Shown here in pieces: positions 46,545-64,000 of a stretch of 64,000 bases of DNA. The position numbers and the translations under genes were made by a program. Under the pieces are notes generated by a model, which was not told where the DNA came from, did not search any database, and saw only the letters and a list, made by a program, of their open reading frames with translations. Source of the DNA: the human T2T-CHM13v2.0 reference genome, Homo sapiens. Where the stretch lies: NCBI RefSeq assembly GCF_009914755.1, contig NC_060948.1, one strand, 5' to 3'. Each line of letters begins with the position of its first letter. The stretch's first letter is position 1.

Positions 46545-48653
46545 AGATCCATATTTTTTAAATGAAAAAAAATTTCAAAGGTACTCTGCTTGGTACAATA
46601 ATCAAATGTATAAACTGAGGAATAAAACATAACCATGAAACCTACTTATAACTGCATATGGAAAATACAGAGGATAATTTTTTAAATAACATATTTTGAA
46701 AGCCTTAACTAGTAATTTGAAGAGTTGGCATTTGAAAGGCCAGTATGAATATACCTTCAAAGCAGCAACACAGGTTCCCCATGAGAAAAAGCAAACTCAG
46801 GGAAAATAAAACCACAAAGGTTCAATCTCTTCTGATCTTTGAAAGACACAGCACAGACAGTGGTCCTTAGGACGAAGAGCAGGAGACCCCTAATTCCGTC
46901 ACCATGGCGATAGGGCATAAACACTGCTGGGTGAGGGCACAATCCACATTGTGAGGTCCAACTGCTGCCAGGAAGACAGGAGTGCTTTTACATAGACCGA
47001 AAGGTCATTGAAGGCTCAGAGTTTTGTTTCAAGAACTGAATCCCAAGCCCACACGTTATTAGGCTGCGCTTCTTAAAACAAGTTATGAGATGGGAAAAAG
47101 GGCACCCACAAACATACGTATACATTATGTATATAATAATATACAGTATCATATATATAATATATATAACCTATGTATAATATTGTTTTACATCCTGCAT
47201 CTTATATTATATATATTGTGTAAAATATAATAATTGATAATATATAAGTTTTATATTTATACAATATGACATATAGTATATATTATAATTTATGACATAT
47301 ATAATATATGTTATATATCATATATAGAATATATTATACGGTTAATATACGTATTAAATATAAATTATACATTATATATATTATATATAATATATCTGCT
47401 ATATATAATACCAATTATGCATAATATATATATTATGTCTATGTTATGTATAGTATAAAACAACATATAATAATATATAATTGTATATATAAAATGCGAC
47501 ATATAATATATATTATATTTTATGACATCTGTAATATATATTATATATTATATATAATACGTTGTATGTATAATACCTATATTAAATATATATTATATGA
47601 CTATGTTATTAATTACATGTCACATGTGTTATATATTATATATTTTACATAGAATATACCGGTTACATACAATATATACTATGTTACCTATAATGTATAA
47701 TTTATTACATGTAAAATAAAGAATGCAATATATTATGTATAATTTATAATATACAATATGTGGAATGTGATATATATAACATATAATATATGATATATGA
47801 TATACAGTATATGATATATAACATACAATATATGATTCCTAATATATATGGTATACAATATATATTTTATGATATGTATTCTATATGTTTTATATTCTGT
47901 TATATATAACTATTTGAAATTATATATAACTGTATAATATTTTATGTAAATATGTAATATAATATATATAACTATATAATATATTATATATAACTATATA
48001 TTATGTTATATAAACTTTTATAACATAATTTACATAAAATATCATAATATAATATATATTATATTATTTCATATTACATAATATATATTACATATCACCC
48101 AATATAACTAACATACATAATATTATAATATAGATTATATTATGTTATATTAAATATCATATATATCATGTATCATATATTCTATAATATATATTACACA
48201 TTATATAATATGTATGTTGTCTATTATGTGATATATATAACTATATATATAATTATATTTTTATACATATAACAACATAAACATGTAATTCTACATATTT
48301 TCATTTATAATATGTAGAATTATATAATCATATATAATTATTTATATTCTATAAAAAATTTTATCATTATATAAATTATAATATATAAAAATTATAATAT
48401 GTACTACAAATATATATATTATATATCATATATGATATACCTTTGTTATATATCATAATACATATAAATGTGTATTATGTTATCTATAATTATATAATTT
48501 CATATATAACTTGTATAATATGTATCATATATTATATATGTTATGTAATATATATAGTATATATAAGATGACACAGGATAAATATTATATACTATGACAT
48601 ATAAAATATAAGAGGTTATATGTTACATATAAGGCATAGCACATAACATGTAA

Positions 48654-48962
<309 letters not shown>

Positions 48963-51090
48963 AGATCCATATTTTTTAAATGAAAAAAAATTTCAAAGGT
49001 ACTCTGCTTGGTACAATAATCAAATGTATAAACTGAGGAATAAAACATAACCATGAAACCTACTTATAACTGCATATGGAAAATACAGAGGATAATTTTT
49101 TAAATAACATATTTTGAAAGCCTTAACTAGTAATTTGAAGAGCTGGCATTTGAAAGGCCAGTATGAATATACCTTCAAAGCAGCAACACAGGTTCCCCAT
49201 GAGAAAAAGCAAACACAGGGAAAATAAAAACACAAAGGTTCAATCTCTTCTGACCTTTGAAAGACACAGCACAGACAGTGGTCCTTAGGACGAAGCGCAG
49301 GAGACCCCTAATTCCGTCACCATGGCGATAGGGCATAAACATTGCTGGGTGAGGGCACAATCCACATTGTGAGGTCCAACTGCTGCCAGGAAGACAGGAG
49401 TGCTTTTACATAGACCGAAAGGTCATTGAAGGCTCAGAGTTTTGTTTCAAGAACTGAATCCCAAGCCCACACGTTATTAGGCTGCGCTTCTTAAAACAAG
49501 TTATGAGATGGGAAAAAGGGCACCCACAAACATACGTATACATTATGTATATAATAATATACAGTATCATATATATAATATATATAACCTATGTATAATA
49601 TTGTTTTACATCCTGCATCTTATGTTATATATATTGTATAAAATATAATAATTGATAATATATAAGTTTTATATTTATACAATATGACATATAGTATATA
49701 TTATAATTTATGACATATATAATATATGTTATATATCATATATAGAATATATTATACGGTTAATATACGTATTAAATATAAATTATACATTATATATATT
49801 ACATATAATATATCTGTTATATATAATACCCATTATGCATAATATATATATTATGTCTATGTTATATATAGTATAAAACAACATATAATAATATATAATT
49901 GTATATATAAAATGCGACATATAATATATATTATATTTTATAACATATGTAATATATATTATATATTATATATAATACGTTGTATGTATAATACCTATAT
50001 TAAATATATATTATATGACTATGTTATTAATTACATGTCACATGTGTTATATATTATATATTTTACATAGAATATACCGGTTACATACAATATATACTAT
50101 GTTACCTATAATGTATAATTTATTACATGTAAAATAAAGAATGCAATATATTATGTATAATTTATAATATACAATATGTGGAATGTGATATATATAACAT
50201 ATAATATATGATATATGATATACAGTATATGATATATAACATACAATATATGATTCCTAATATATATGGTATACAATATATATTTTATGATATGTATTCT
50301 ATATGTTTTATATTCTGTTATATATAACTATTTGAAATTATATATAAATGTATAATATTTTATGTAAATATGTAATATAATATATATAACTATATAATAT
50401 ATTATATATAACTATATATTATGTTATATATACTTTTATAACATAATTTACATAAAATATCATAATATAATATGTATTATATTATTTCATATTACATAAT
50501 ATATATTACATATCACCCAATATAACTAACATACATAATATTATAATATAGATTATATTATGTTATATTAAATATCATATATATCATGTATCATATATTC
50601 TATAATATATATTACACATTATATAATATGTATGTTGTCTATTATGTGATATATATAACTCTATATATAATTATATTATTATACATATAACTAGATAAAC
50701 ATGTAATTCTACATATTTTCATTTCTAATATGTAGAATTATATAATCATATATAATTATTTATATTCTATAAAAAATTTTATCATTATACAAATTATAAT
50801 ATATAAAAATTATAATATGTACTACAAATATATATATTATATATCATATATGATATAGTACCTTTGTTATATATCATAATACATATAAATGTGTATTATG
50901 TTATCTATAACTATATAATTTCATATATAAGATGTATAATATGTATCATATATTATATATGTTATGTAATATATATAGTATATATAAGATGACACAGGAT
51001 AAATATTATATACTATGACATATAAAATATATGAGGTTATATGTTACATATAAGGCATAGCACATAACATGTAATATATATCATATATAA

Positions 51091-51382
51091 TTTTTTTTTA
51101 GACAGAATCTTGTCCTGTTGCACAGGGTGGGGTACAATGGCGCCATCTTTGCTCACTGCAACTTCTAGCTCACGGGTCCAAGCGATTGTCCTCCCTCAGC
51201 CTCCCAGGTAGCTGGGACTACACCACACTGGGACTACACCAGCTGCCACCATGCCTAGCTAATTTTTTGGATTTTTAGTAGTGACAGCGTTTCACTGTAT
51301 TGGCCAGGATGGTCTTGATCTCTTCACCTTGTGATCCCCTTGCCTTAGCCTCCAAATTTGCTGGGATTACAGGCCTGAGCCA
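51091..51382 (-). mobile_element. Diverged Alu in DYZ2, copy 5
   Basis: Same antisense Alu, T9 tail. Confidence 0.95.
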
Positions 51383-53491
51383 AGATCCATATTTTTTAAA
51401 TGAAAAAAAATTTCAAAGGTACTCTGCTTGGTACAATAATCAAATGTATAAACTGAGGAATAAAACATAACCATGAAACCTACTTATAACTGCATATGGA
51501 AAATACAGAGGATAATTTTTTAAATAACATATTTTGAAAGCCTTAACTAGTAATTTGAAGAGTTGGCATTTGAAAGGCCAGTATGAATATACCTTCAAAG
51601 CAGCAACACAGGTTCCCCATGAGAAAAAGCAAACACAGGGAAAATAAAAACAAAAAGGTTCAATCTCTTCTGACCTTTGAAAGACACAGCACAGACAGTG
51701 GTCCTTAGGACGAAGAGCAGGAGACCCCTAATTCCGTCACCATGGCGATAGGGCATAAACATTGCTGGGTGAGGGCACAATCCACATTGTGAGGTCCAAC
51801 TGCTGCCAGGAAGACAGGAGTGCTTTTACATAGACCGAAAGGTCATTGAAGGCTCAGAGTTTTGTTTCAAGAACTGAATCCCAAGCCCACACTTTATTAG
51901 GCTGCGCTTCTTAGAACAAGTTATGAGATGGGAAAAAGGGCACCCGCAAACATACGTATACATTATGTATATAATAATATACAGTATCATATATATAATA
52001 TATATAACCTATGTATAATATTGTTTTACATCCTGCATCTTATGTTATATATATTGTATAAAATATAATAATTTATAATATATAAGTTTTATATTTATAC
52101 AATATGACATATAGTATATATTATAATTTATGACATATATAATATATGTTATATATCATATATAGAATATATTATACGGTTAATATACGTATTAAATATA
52201 AATTATACATTATATATATTATATATAATATATCTGTTATATATAATACCCATTATGCATAATATATATATTATGTCTATGTTATATATAGTATAAAACA
52301 ACATATAATAATATATAATTGTATATATAAAATGCGACATATAATATATATTATATTTTATAACATATGTAATATATATTATATATTATATATAATACGT
52401 TGTATGTATAATACCTATATTAAATATATATTATATGACTATGTTATTAATTACATGTCACATGTGTTATATATTATATATTTTACATAGAATATACCGG
52501 TTACATACAATATATACTATGTTACCTATAATGTATAATTTATTACATGTAAAATAAAGAATGCAATATATTATGTATAATTTATAATATACAATATGTG
52601 GAATGTGATATATATAACATATAATATATGATATATGATATACAGTATATGATATATAACATACAATATATGATTCCTAATATATATGGTATACAATATA
52701 TATTTTATGATATGTATTCTATATGTTTTATATTCTGTTATATATAACTATTTGAAATTATATATAACTGTATAATATTTTATGTAAATATGTAATATAA
52801 TATATATAACTATATAATATATTATATATAACTATATATTATGTTATATAAACTTTTATAACATAATTTACATAAAATATCATAATATAATATATATTAT
52901 ATTATTTCATATTACATAATATATATTACATATCACCCAATATAACTAACATACATAATATTATAATATAGATTATATTATGTTATATTAAATATCATAT
53001 ATATCATGTATCATATATTCTATAATATATATTACACATTATATAATATGTATGTTGTCTATTATGTGATATATATAACTATATATATAATTATATTTTT
53101 ATACATATAACAACATAAACATGTAATTCTACATATTTTCATTTATAATATGTAGAATTATATAATCATATATAATTATTTATATTCTATAAAAAATTTT
53201 ATCATTATATAAATTATAATATATAAAAATTATAATATGTACTACAAATATATATATTATATATCATATATGATATACCTTTGTTATATATCATAATACA
53301 TATAAATGTGTATTATGTTATCTATAATTATATAATTTCATATATAACTTGTATAATATGTATCATATATTATATATGTTATGTAATATATATAGTATAT
53401 ATAAGATGACACAGGATAAATATTATATACTATGACATATAAAATATATGAGGTTATATGTTACATATAAGGCATAGCACATAACATGTAA

Positions 53492-53800
<309 letters not shown>

Positions 53801-55928
53801 AGATCCATATTTTTTAAATGAAAAAAAATTTCAAAGGTACTCTGCTTGGTACAATAATCAAATGTATAAACTGAGGAATAAAACATAACCATGAAACCTA
53901 CTTATAACTGCATATGGAAAATACAGAGGATAATTTTTTAAATAACATATTTTGAAAGCCTTAACTAGTAATTTGAAGAGTTGGCATTTGAAAGGCCAGT
54001 ATGAATATACCTTCAAAGCAGCAACACAGGTTCCCCATGAGAAAAAGCAAACACAGGGAAAATAAAAACACAAAGGTTCAATCTCTTCTGACCTTTGAAA
54101 GACACAGCACAGACAGTGGTCCTTAGGACGAAGCGCGGGAGACCCCTAATTCCGTCACCATGGCGATAGGGCATAAACATTGCTGGGTGAGGGCACAATC
54201 CACATTGTGAGGTCCAACTGCTGCTAGGAAGACAGGAGTGCTTTTACATAGACCGAAAGGTCATTGAAGGCTCAGAGTTTTGTTTCAAGAACTGAATCCC
54301 AAGCCCACACGTTATTAGGCTGCGCTTCTTAAAACAAGTTATGAGATGGGAAAAAGGGCACCCACAAACATACGTATACATTATGTATATAATAATATAC
54401 AGTATCATATATATAATATATATAACCTATGTATAATATTGTTTTACATCCTGCATCTTATGTTATATATATTGTATAAAATATAATAATTGATAATATA
54501 TAAGTTTTATATTTATACAATATGACATATAGTATATATTATAATTTATGACATATATAATATATGTTATATATCATATATAGAATATATTATACGGTTA
54601 ATATACGTATTAAATATAAATTATACATTATATATATTATATATAATATATCTGTTATATATAATACCCATTACGCATAATATATATATTATGTCTATGT
54701 TATATATAGTATAAAACAACATATAATAATATATAATTGTATATATAAAATGCGACATATAATATATATTATATTTTATAACATATGTAATATATATTAT
54801 ATATTATATATAATACGTTGTACGTATAATACCTATATTAAATATATATTATATGACTATGTTATTAATTACATGTCACATGTGTTATATACTATATATT
54901 TTACATAGAATATACCGGTTACATACAATATATACTATGTTACCTATAATGTATAATTTATTACATGTAAAATAAAGAATGCAATATATTAAGTATAATT
55001 TATAATATACAATATGTGGAATGTGATATATATAACATATAATATATGATATATGATATACAGTATATGATATATAACATACAATATATGATTCCTAATA
55101 TATATGGTATACAATATATATTTTATGATATGTATTCTATATGTTTTATATTCTGTTATATATAACTATTTGAAATTATATATAACTGTATAATATTTTA
55201 TGTAAATATGTAATATAATATATATAACTATATAATATATTATATATAACTATATATTATGTTATATATACTTTTATAACATAATTTACATAAAATATCA
55301 TAATATAATATATATTATATTATTTCATATTACATAATATATATTAGATATCACCCAATATAACTAACATACATAATATTATAATATAGATTATATTGTG
55401 TTATATTAAATATCATATATATCATGTATCATATATTCTATAATATATATTACACATTATATAATATGTATGTTGTCTATTATGTGATATATATAACTAT
55501 ATATATAATTATATTTTTATACATATAACTAGATAAACATGTAATTCTACATATTTTCATTTATAATATGTAGAATTATATAATCATATATAATTATTTA
55601 TATTCTATAAAAAATTTTATCATTATATAAATTATAATATATAAAAATTATAATATGTACTACAAATATATATATTATATATCATATATGATATAGTACC
55701 TTTGTTATATTTCATAATACATATAAATGTGTATTATGTTATCTATAATTATATAATTTCATATATAAGATGTATAATATGTATCATATATTATATATGT
55801 TATGTAATATATATAGTATATATAAGATGACACAGGATAAATATTATATACTATGACTTATAAAATATATGAGGTTATATGTTACATATAAGGCATAGCA
55901 CATAACATGTAATATATATCATATATAA

Positions 55929-56221
55929 TTTTTTTTTAGACAGAATCTTGTCCTGTTGCACAGGGTGGGGTACAATGGGGCCATCTTTGCTCACTGCAAC
56001 TTCTGCCTTCACGGGTCCAAGCGATTGTCCTCCCTCAGCCTCCCAGGTAGCTGGGACTACACCACACTGGGACTACACCAGCTGCCACCATGCCTAGCTA
56101 ATTTTTTGGATTTTTAGTAGTGACAGCGTTTCACTGTATTGGCCAGGATGATCTTCATCTCTTCACCTTGTGATCCCCTTGCCTTGGCCTCCAAATTTGC
56201 TGGGATTACAGGCCTGAGCCA
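55929..56221 (-). mobile_element. Diverged Alu in DYZ2, copy 7
   Basis: Same antisense Alu, T9 tail, with a 1-bp insertion (GCCTTCACG). Confidence 0.95.
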
Positions 56222-58347
56222 AGATCCATATTTTTTAAATGAAAAAAAATTTCAAAGGTACTCTGCTTGGTACAATAATCAAATGTATAAACTGAGGAAT
56301 AAAACGTAACCATGAAACCTACTTATAACTGCATATGGAAAATACAGAGGATAATTTTTTAAATAACATATTTTGAAAGCCTTAACTAGTAATTTGAAGA
56401 GTTGGCATTTGAAAGGCCAGTATGAATATACCTTCAAAGCAGCAACACAGGTTCCCCATGAGAAAAAGCAAACACAGGGAAAATAAAAACAAAAAGGTTC
56501 AATCTCTTCTGACCTTTGAAAGACACAGCACAGACAGTGGTCCTTAAGACGAAGGGCAGGAGACCCCTAATTCCGTCACCATGGCGATAGGGCATAAACA
56601 TTGCTGGGTGAGGGCACAATCCACATTGTGAGGTCCAACTGCTGCCAGGAAGACAGGAGTGCTTTTACATAGACCGAAAGGTCATTGAAGGCTCAGAGTT
56701 TTGTTTCAAGAACTGAATCCCACGCCCACACGTTATTAGGCTGCGCTTCTTAAAACAAGTTATGAGATGGGAAAAAGGGCACCCACAAACATACGTATAC
56801 ATTATGTATATAATAATATACAGTATCATATATATAATATATATAACCTATGTATAATATTGTTTTACATCCTGCATCTTATGTTATATATATTGTATAA
56901 AATATAATAATTGATAATATATAAGTTTTATAATTATACAATATGACATATAGTATATATTATAATTTATGACATATATAATATATGTTATATATCAAAT
57001 ATAGAATATATTATACGGTTAATATACGTATTAAATATAAATTATACATTATATATATTATATATAATATATCTGTTATATATAATACCCATTATGCATA
57101 ATATATATATTATGTCTATGTTATATATAGTATAAAACAACATATAATAATATATAATTGTATATATAAAATGCGACATATAATATATATTATATTTTAT
57201 GACATATGTAATATATATTATATATTATATATAATACGTTGTATGTATAATACCTATGTTAAATATATATTATATGACTATGTTATTAATTACATGTCAC
57301 ATGTGTTATATATTATATATTTTACATAGAATATACCGGTTACATACAATATATACTATGTTACCTTTAATGTATAATTTATTACATGTAAAATAAAGAA
57401 TGCAATATATTACGTATAATTTATAATATACAATATGTGGAATGTGATATATATAACATAATATATGATATATGATATACAGTATATGATATATAACATA
57501 CAATATATGATTCCTAATATATATGGTATACAATATATATTTTATGATATGTATTCTATATGTTTTATATTCTGTTATATATAACTATTTGAAATTATAT
57601 ATAACTGTATAATATTTTATGTAAATATGTAATATAATATATATAACTATATAATATATTATATATAACTATATATTATGTTATATATACTTTTATAACA
57701 TAATTTACATAAAATATCATAACATAATATATATTATATTATTTCATATTACATAATATATATTACATATCACCCAATATAACTAACATACATAATATTA
57801 TAATATAGATTATATTATGTTATATTAAATATCATATATATCATGTATCATATATTCTATAATATATATTACACATTATATAATATGTATGTTGTCTATT
57901 ATGTGATATATATAACTATATATATAATTATATTTTTATACATATAACTAGATAAACATGTAATTCTACATATTTTCATTTATAATATATAGAATTATAT
58001 AATCATATATAATTATTTATATTCTATAAAAAATTTTATCATTATATAAATTATAATATATAAAAATTATAATATGTACTACAAATATATATATTATATA
58101 TCATATATGATATAGTACCTTTGTTATATATCATAATACATATAAATGTGTATTATGTTATCTATAATTATATAATTTCATATATAAGATGTATAATATG
58201 TATCATATATTATAGATGTTATGTAATATATATAGTATATATAAGATGACACAGGATAAATATTATATACTATGACATATAAAATATATGAGGTTATATG
58301 TTACATATAAGGCATAGCACATAACATGTAATATATATCATATATAA

Positions 58348-58639
<292 letters not shown>

Positions 58640-60744
58640 AGATCCATATTTTTTAAATGAAAAAAAATTTCAAAGGTACTCTGCTTGGTACAATAATCAA
58701 ATGTATAAACTGAGGAATAAAACATAACCATGAAACCTACTTATAACTGCATATGGAAAATACAGAGGATAATTTTTTAAATAACATATTTTGAAAGCCT
58801 TAACTAGTAATTTGAAGAGCTGGCATTTGAAAGGCCTGTATGAATATATCTTCAAAGCAGCAACACAGGTTCCCCATGAGAAAAAGCAAACACAGGGAAA
58901 ATAAAAACACAAAGGTTCAATCTCTTCTGACCTTTGAAAGACACAGCACAGACAGTGGTCCTTAGGACGAAGAGCAGGAGACCCCTAATTCCGTCACCAT
59001 GGCGATAGGGCATAAACATTGCTGGGTGAGGGCACAATCCACATTGTGAGGTCCAACTGCTGCCAGGAAGACAGGAGTGCTTTTACATAGACCGAAAGGT
59101 CATTGAAGGCTCAGAGTTTTGTTTCAAGAACTGAATCCCAAGCCCACACGTTATTAGGCTGCGCTTCTTAAAACAAGTTATGAGATGGGAAAAAGGGCAC
59201 CCACAAACATACGTATACATTATGTATATAATAATATACAGTATCATATATATAATATATATAACCTATGTATAATATTGTTTTACATCCTGCATCTTAT
59301 GTTATATATATTGTATAAAATATAATAATTGATAATATATAAGTTTTAAATTTATACAATATGACATATAGTATATATTATAATTTATGACATATATAAT
59401 ATATGTTATATATCATATATAGAATATATTATACGGTTAATATACGTATTAAATATAAATTATGCATTATATATATTATATATAATATATCTGTTATATA
59501 TAATACCCATTATGCATAATATATATATTATGTCTATGTTATATATAGTATAAAACAACATATAATAATATATAATTGTATATATAAAATGCGACATATA
59601 ATATATATTATATTTTATAACATATGTAATATATATTATATATTATATATAATACGTTGTATGTATAATACCTATATTAAATATATATTATATGACTATG
59701 TTATTAATTACATGTCACATGTGTTATATATTATATATTTTACATAGAATATACCGGTTACATACAATATATACTATGTTACCTATAATGTATAATTTAT
59801 TACATGTAAAATAAAGAATGCAATATATTATGTATAATTTATAATATACAATATGTGGAATGTGATATATATAACATATAATATATGATATATGATATAC
59901 AGTATATGATATATAACATACAATATATGATTCCTAATATATATGGTATACAATATATATTTTATGATATGTATTCTATATATTTTATATTCTGTTATAT
60001 ATAACTATTTGAAATTATATATAACTGTATAATATTTTATGTAAATATGGAATATAATATATATAACTATATAATATATTATATATAACTATATATTATG
60101 TTATGTATACTTTTATAAGATAATTTACATAAAATATCATAATATAATATATATTATATTATTTCATATTACATAATATATATTACATATCACCCAATAT
60201 AACTAACATACATAATATTATAATATAGATTATATTATGTTATATTAAATATCATATATATCATGTATCATATATTCTATAATATATATTACACATTATA
60301 TAATATGTATGTTGTCTATTATGTGATATATATAACTATATATATAATTATATTTTTATACATATAACTAGATAAACATGTAATTCTACATATTTTCATT
60401 TATAATATGTAGAATTATGTAATCATATATAATTATTTATATTCTATAAAAAATTTTATCATTATATAAATTATAATATATAAAAATTATAATATGTACT
60501 ACAAATATATATATTATATATCATATATGCTATAGTACCTTTGTTATATATCATAATACATATAAATGTGTATTATGTTATCTATAATTATATAATTTCA
60601 TATATAAGTTGTATAATATGTATCATATATTATATATGTTATGTAATATATATAGTATATATAAGATGACACAGGATAAATATTATATACTATGACATAT
60701 AAAATATATGAGGTTATATGTTACATATAAGGCATAGCACATAA

Positions 60745-61059
<315 letters not shown>

Positions 61060-63186
61060 AGATCCATATTTTTTAAATGAAAAAAAATTTCAAAGGTACT
61101 CTGCTTGGTACAATAATCAAATGTATAAACTGAGGAATAAAACGTAACCATGAAACCTACTTATAACTGCATATGGAAAATACAGAGGATAATTTTTTAA
61201 ATAACATATTTTGAAAGCCTTAACTAGTAATTTGAAGAGTTGGCATTTGAAAGGCCAGTATGAATATACCTTCAAAGCAGCAACACAGGTTCCCCATGAG
61301 AAAAAGCAAACACAGGGAAAATAAAAACACAAAGGTTCAATCTCTTCTGACCTTTGAAAGACACAGCACAGACAGTGGTCCTTAGGACGAAGAGCAGGAG
61401 ACCCCTAATTCCGTCACCATGGCGATAGGGCATAAACATTGCTGGGTGAGGGCACAATCCACATTGTGAGGTCCAACTGCTGCCAGGAAGACAGGAGTGC
61501 TTTTACATAGACCGAAAGGTCATTGAAGGCTCAGAGTTTTGTTTCAAGAACTGAATCCCAAGCCCACACGATATTAGGCTGCGCTTCTTAAAACAAGTTA
61601 TGAGATGGGAAAAAGGGCACCCACAAACATACGTATACATTATGTATATAATAATATACAGTATCATATATATAATATATATAACCTATGTATAATATTG
61701 TTTTACATCCTGCATCTTATGTTATATATATTGTATAAAATATAATAATTGATAATATATAAGTTTTATATTTATACAATATGACATATAGTATATATTA
61801 TAATTTATGACATATATAATATATGTTATATATCATATATAGAATATATTATACGGTTAATATACGTATTAAATATAAATTATACATTATATATATTATA
61901 TATAATATATCTGTTATATATAATACCCATTATGCATAATATATATATTATGTCTATGTTATATATAGTATAAAACAACATATAATAATATATAATTGTA
62001 TATATAAAATGCGACATATAATATATATTATATTTTATAACATATGTAATATATATTATATATTATATATAATACGTTGTATGTATAATACCTATATTAA
62101 ATATATATTATATGACTATGTTATTAATTACATGTCACATGTGTTATATATTATATATTTTACATAGAATATACCGCTTACATACAATATATACTATGTT
62201 ACCTATAATTTATAATTCATTACATGTAAAATAAAGAATGCAATATATTATGCATAATTTATAATATACAATATGTGGAATGTGACATATATAACATATA
62301 ATATATGATATATGATATACAGTATATGATATATAACATACAATATATGATTCCTAATATATATGGTATACAATATGTATTTTATGATATGTATTCTATA
62401 TGTTTTATATTCTGTTATATATAACTATTTGAAATTATATATAACTGTATAATATTTTATGTAAATATGTAATATAATATATATAACCATATAATATATT
62501 ATATATAACTATATATTATGTTATATATACTTTTATAACATAATTTACATAAAATATCATAATATAATATATATTATATTATTTCATATTACATAATATA
62601 TATTACATATCACCCAATATAACTAACATACATAATATTATAATATAGATTATATTATGTTATATTAAATATCATATATATCATGTATCATATATTCTAT
62701 AATATATATTACACATTATATAATATGTATGTTGTCTATTATGTGATATATATAACTATATATATAATTATATTTTTATATATATAACTAGATAAACATG
62801 TAATTCTACATATTTTCATTTATAATATGTAGAATTATATAATCATATATAATTATTTATATTCTATAAAAAATTTTATCATTATATAATTATAATATAT
62901 AAAAATTATAATATGTACTACAAATATATATATTATATATCATATATGCTATAGTACCTTTGTTATATATCATAATACATATAAATGTGTATTATGTTAT
63001 CTATAATTATATAATTTCATATATAAGTTGTATAATATGTATCATATATTATAAATGTTATGTAATATATATAGTATATATAAGATGACACAGGATAAAT
63101 ATTATCTACTATGACATATAAAATATATGAGGTTATATGTTACATATAAGGCATAGCACATAACATGTAATATATATCATATATAA

Positions 63187-63478
<292 letters not shown>

Positions 63479-64000
63479 AGATCCATATTTTTTAAATGAA
63501 AAAAAATTTCAAAGGTACTCTGCTTGGTACAATAATCAAATGTATAAACTGAGGAATAAAACATAACCATGAAACCTACTTATAACTGCATATGGAAAAT
63601 ACAGAGGATAATTTTTTAAATAACATATTTTGAAAGCCTTAACTAGTAATTTGAAGAGCTGACATTTGAAAGGCCTGTATGAATATACCTTCAAAGCAGC
63701 AACACAGGTTCCCCATGAGAAAAAGCAAACACAGGGAAAATAAAAACACAAAGGTTCAATCTCTTCTGACCTTTGAAAGACACAGCACAGACAGTGGTCC
63801 TTAGGACGAAGAGCAGGAGACCCCTAATTCCGTCACCATGGCGATAGGGCATAAACATTGCTGGGTGAGGGCACAATCCACATTGTGAGGTCCAACTGCT
63901 GCCAGGAAGACAGGAGTGCTTTTACATAGACCGAAAGGTCATTGAAGGCTCAGAGTTTTGTTTCAAGAACTGAATCCCAAGCCCACACGTTATTAGGCTG

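Overview
This window is entirely human satellite heterochromatin and matches the Yq12 DYZ1/DYZ2 organisation. Bases 1-40677 are about 11.4 tandem copies of a 3544-3579 bp higher-order unit of diverged GGAAT pentamers (HSat3/DYZ1; one HaeIII and one EcoRI site per unit). At 40677/40678 the sequence switches abruptly to tandem ~2.41-2.42 kb composite units (HSat1B/DYZ2). Each unit has a ~1.5 kb AT-rich block, a minus-strand diverged Alu and a ~570 bp HSATI-type segment, and 10 Alu copies are visible. I find no supportable protein-coding or structural RNA gene, and the ORF track reflects repeat translation. I do not see a new gene system. The most notable observations are three perfect heat-shock elements in register within each DYZ1 unit, the junction structure (possible microhomology plus a 761-bp deletion in the first DYZ2 unit), edge-specific subtypes on both sides, and an apparent two-unit (~4.84 kb) periodicity among DYZ2 variants. 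All counts and coordinates were read by eye and should be confirmed by alignment.
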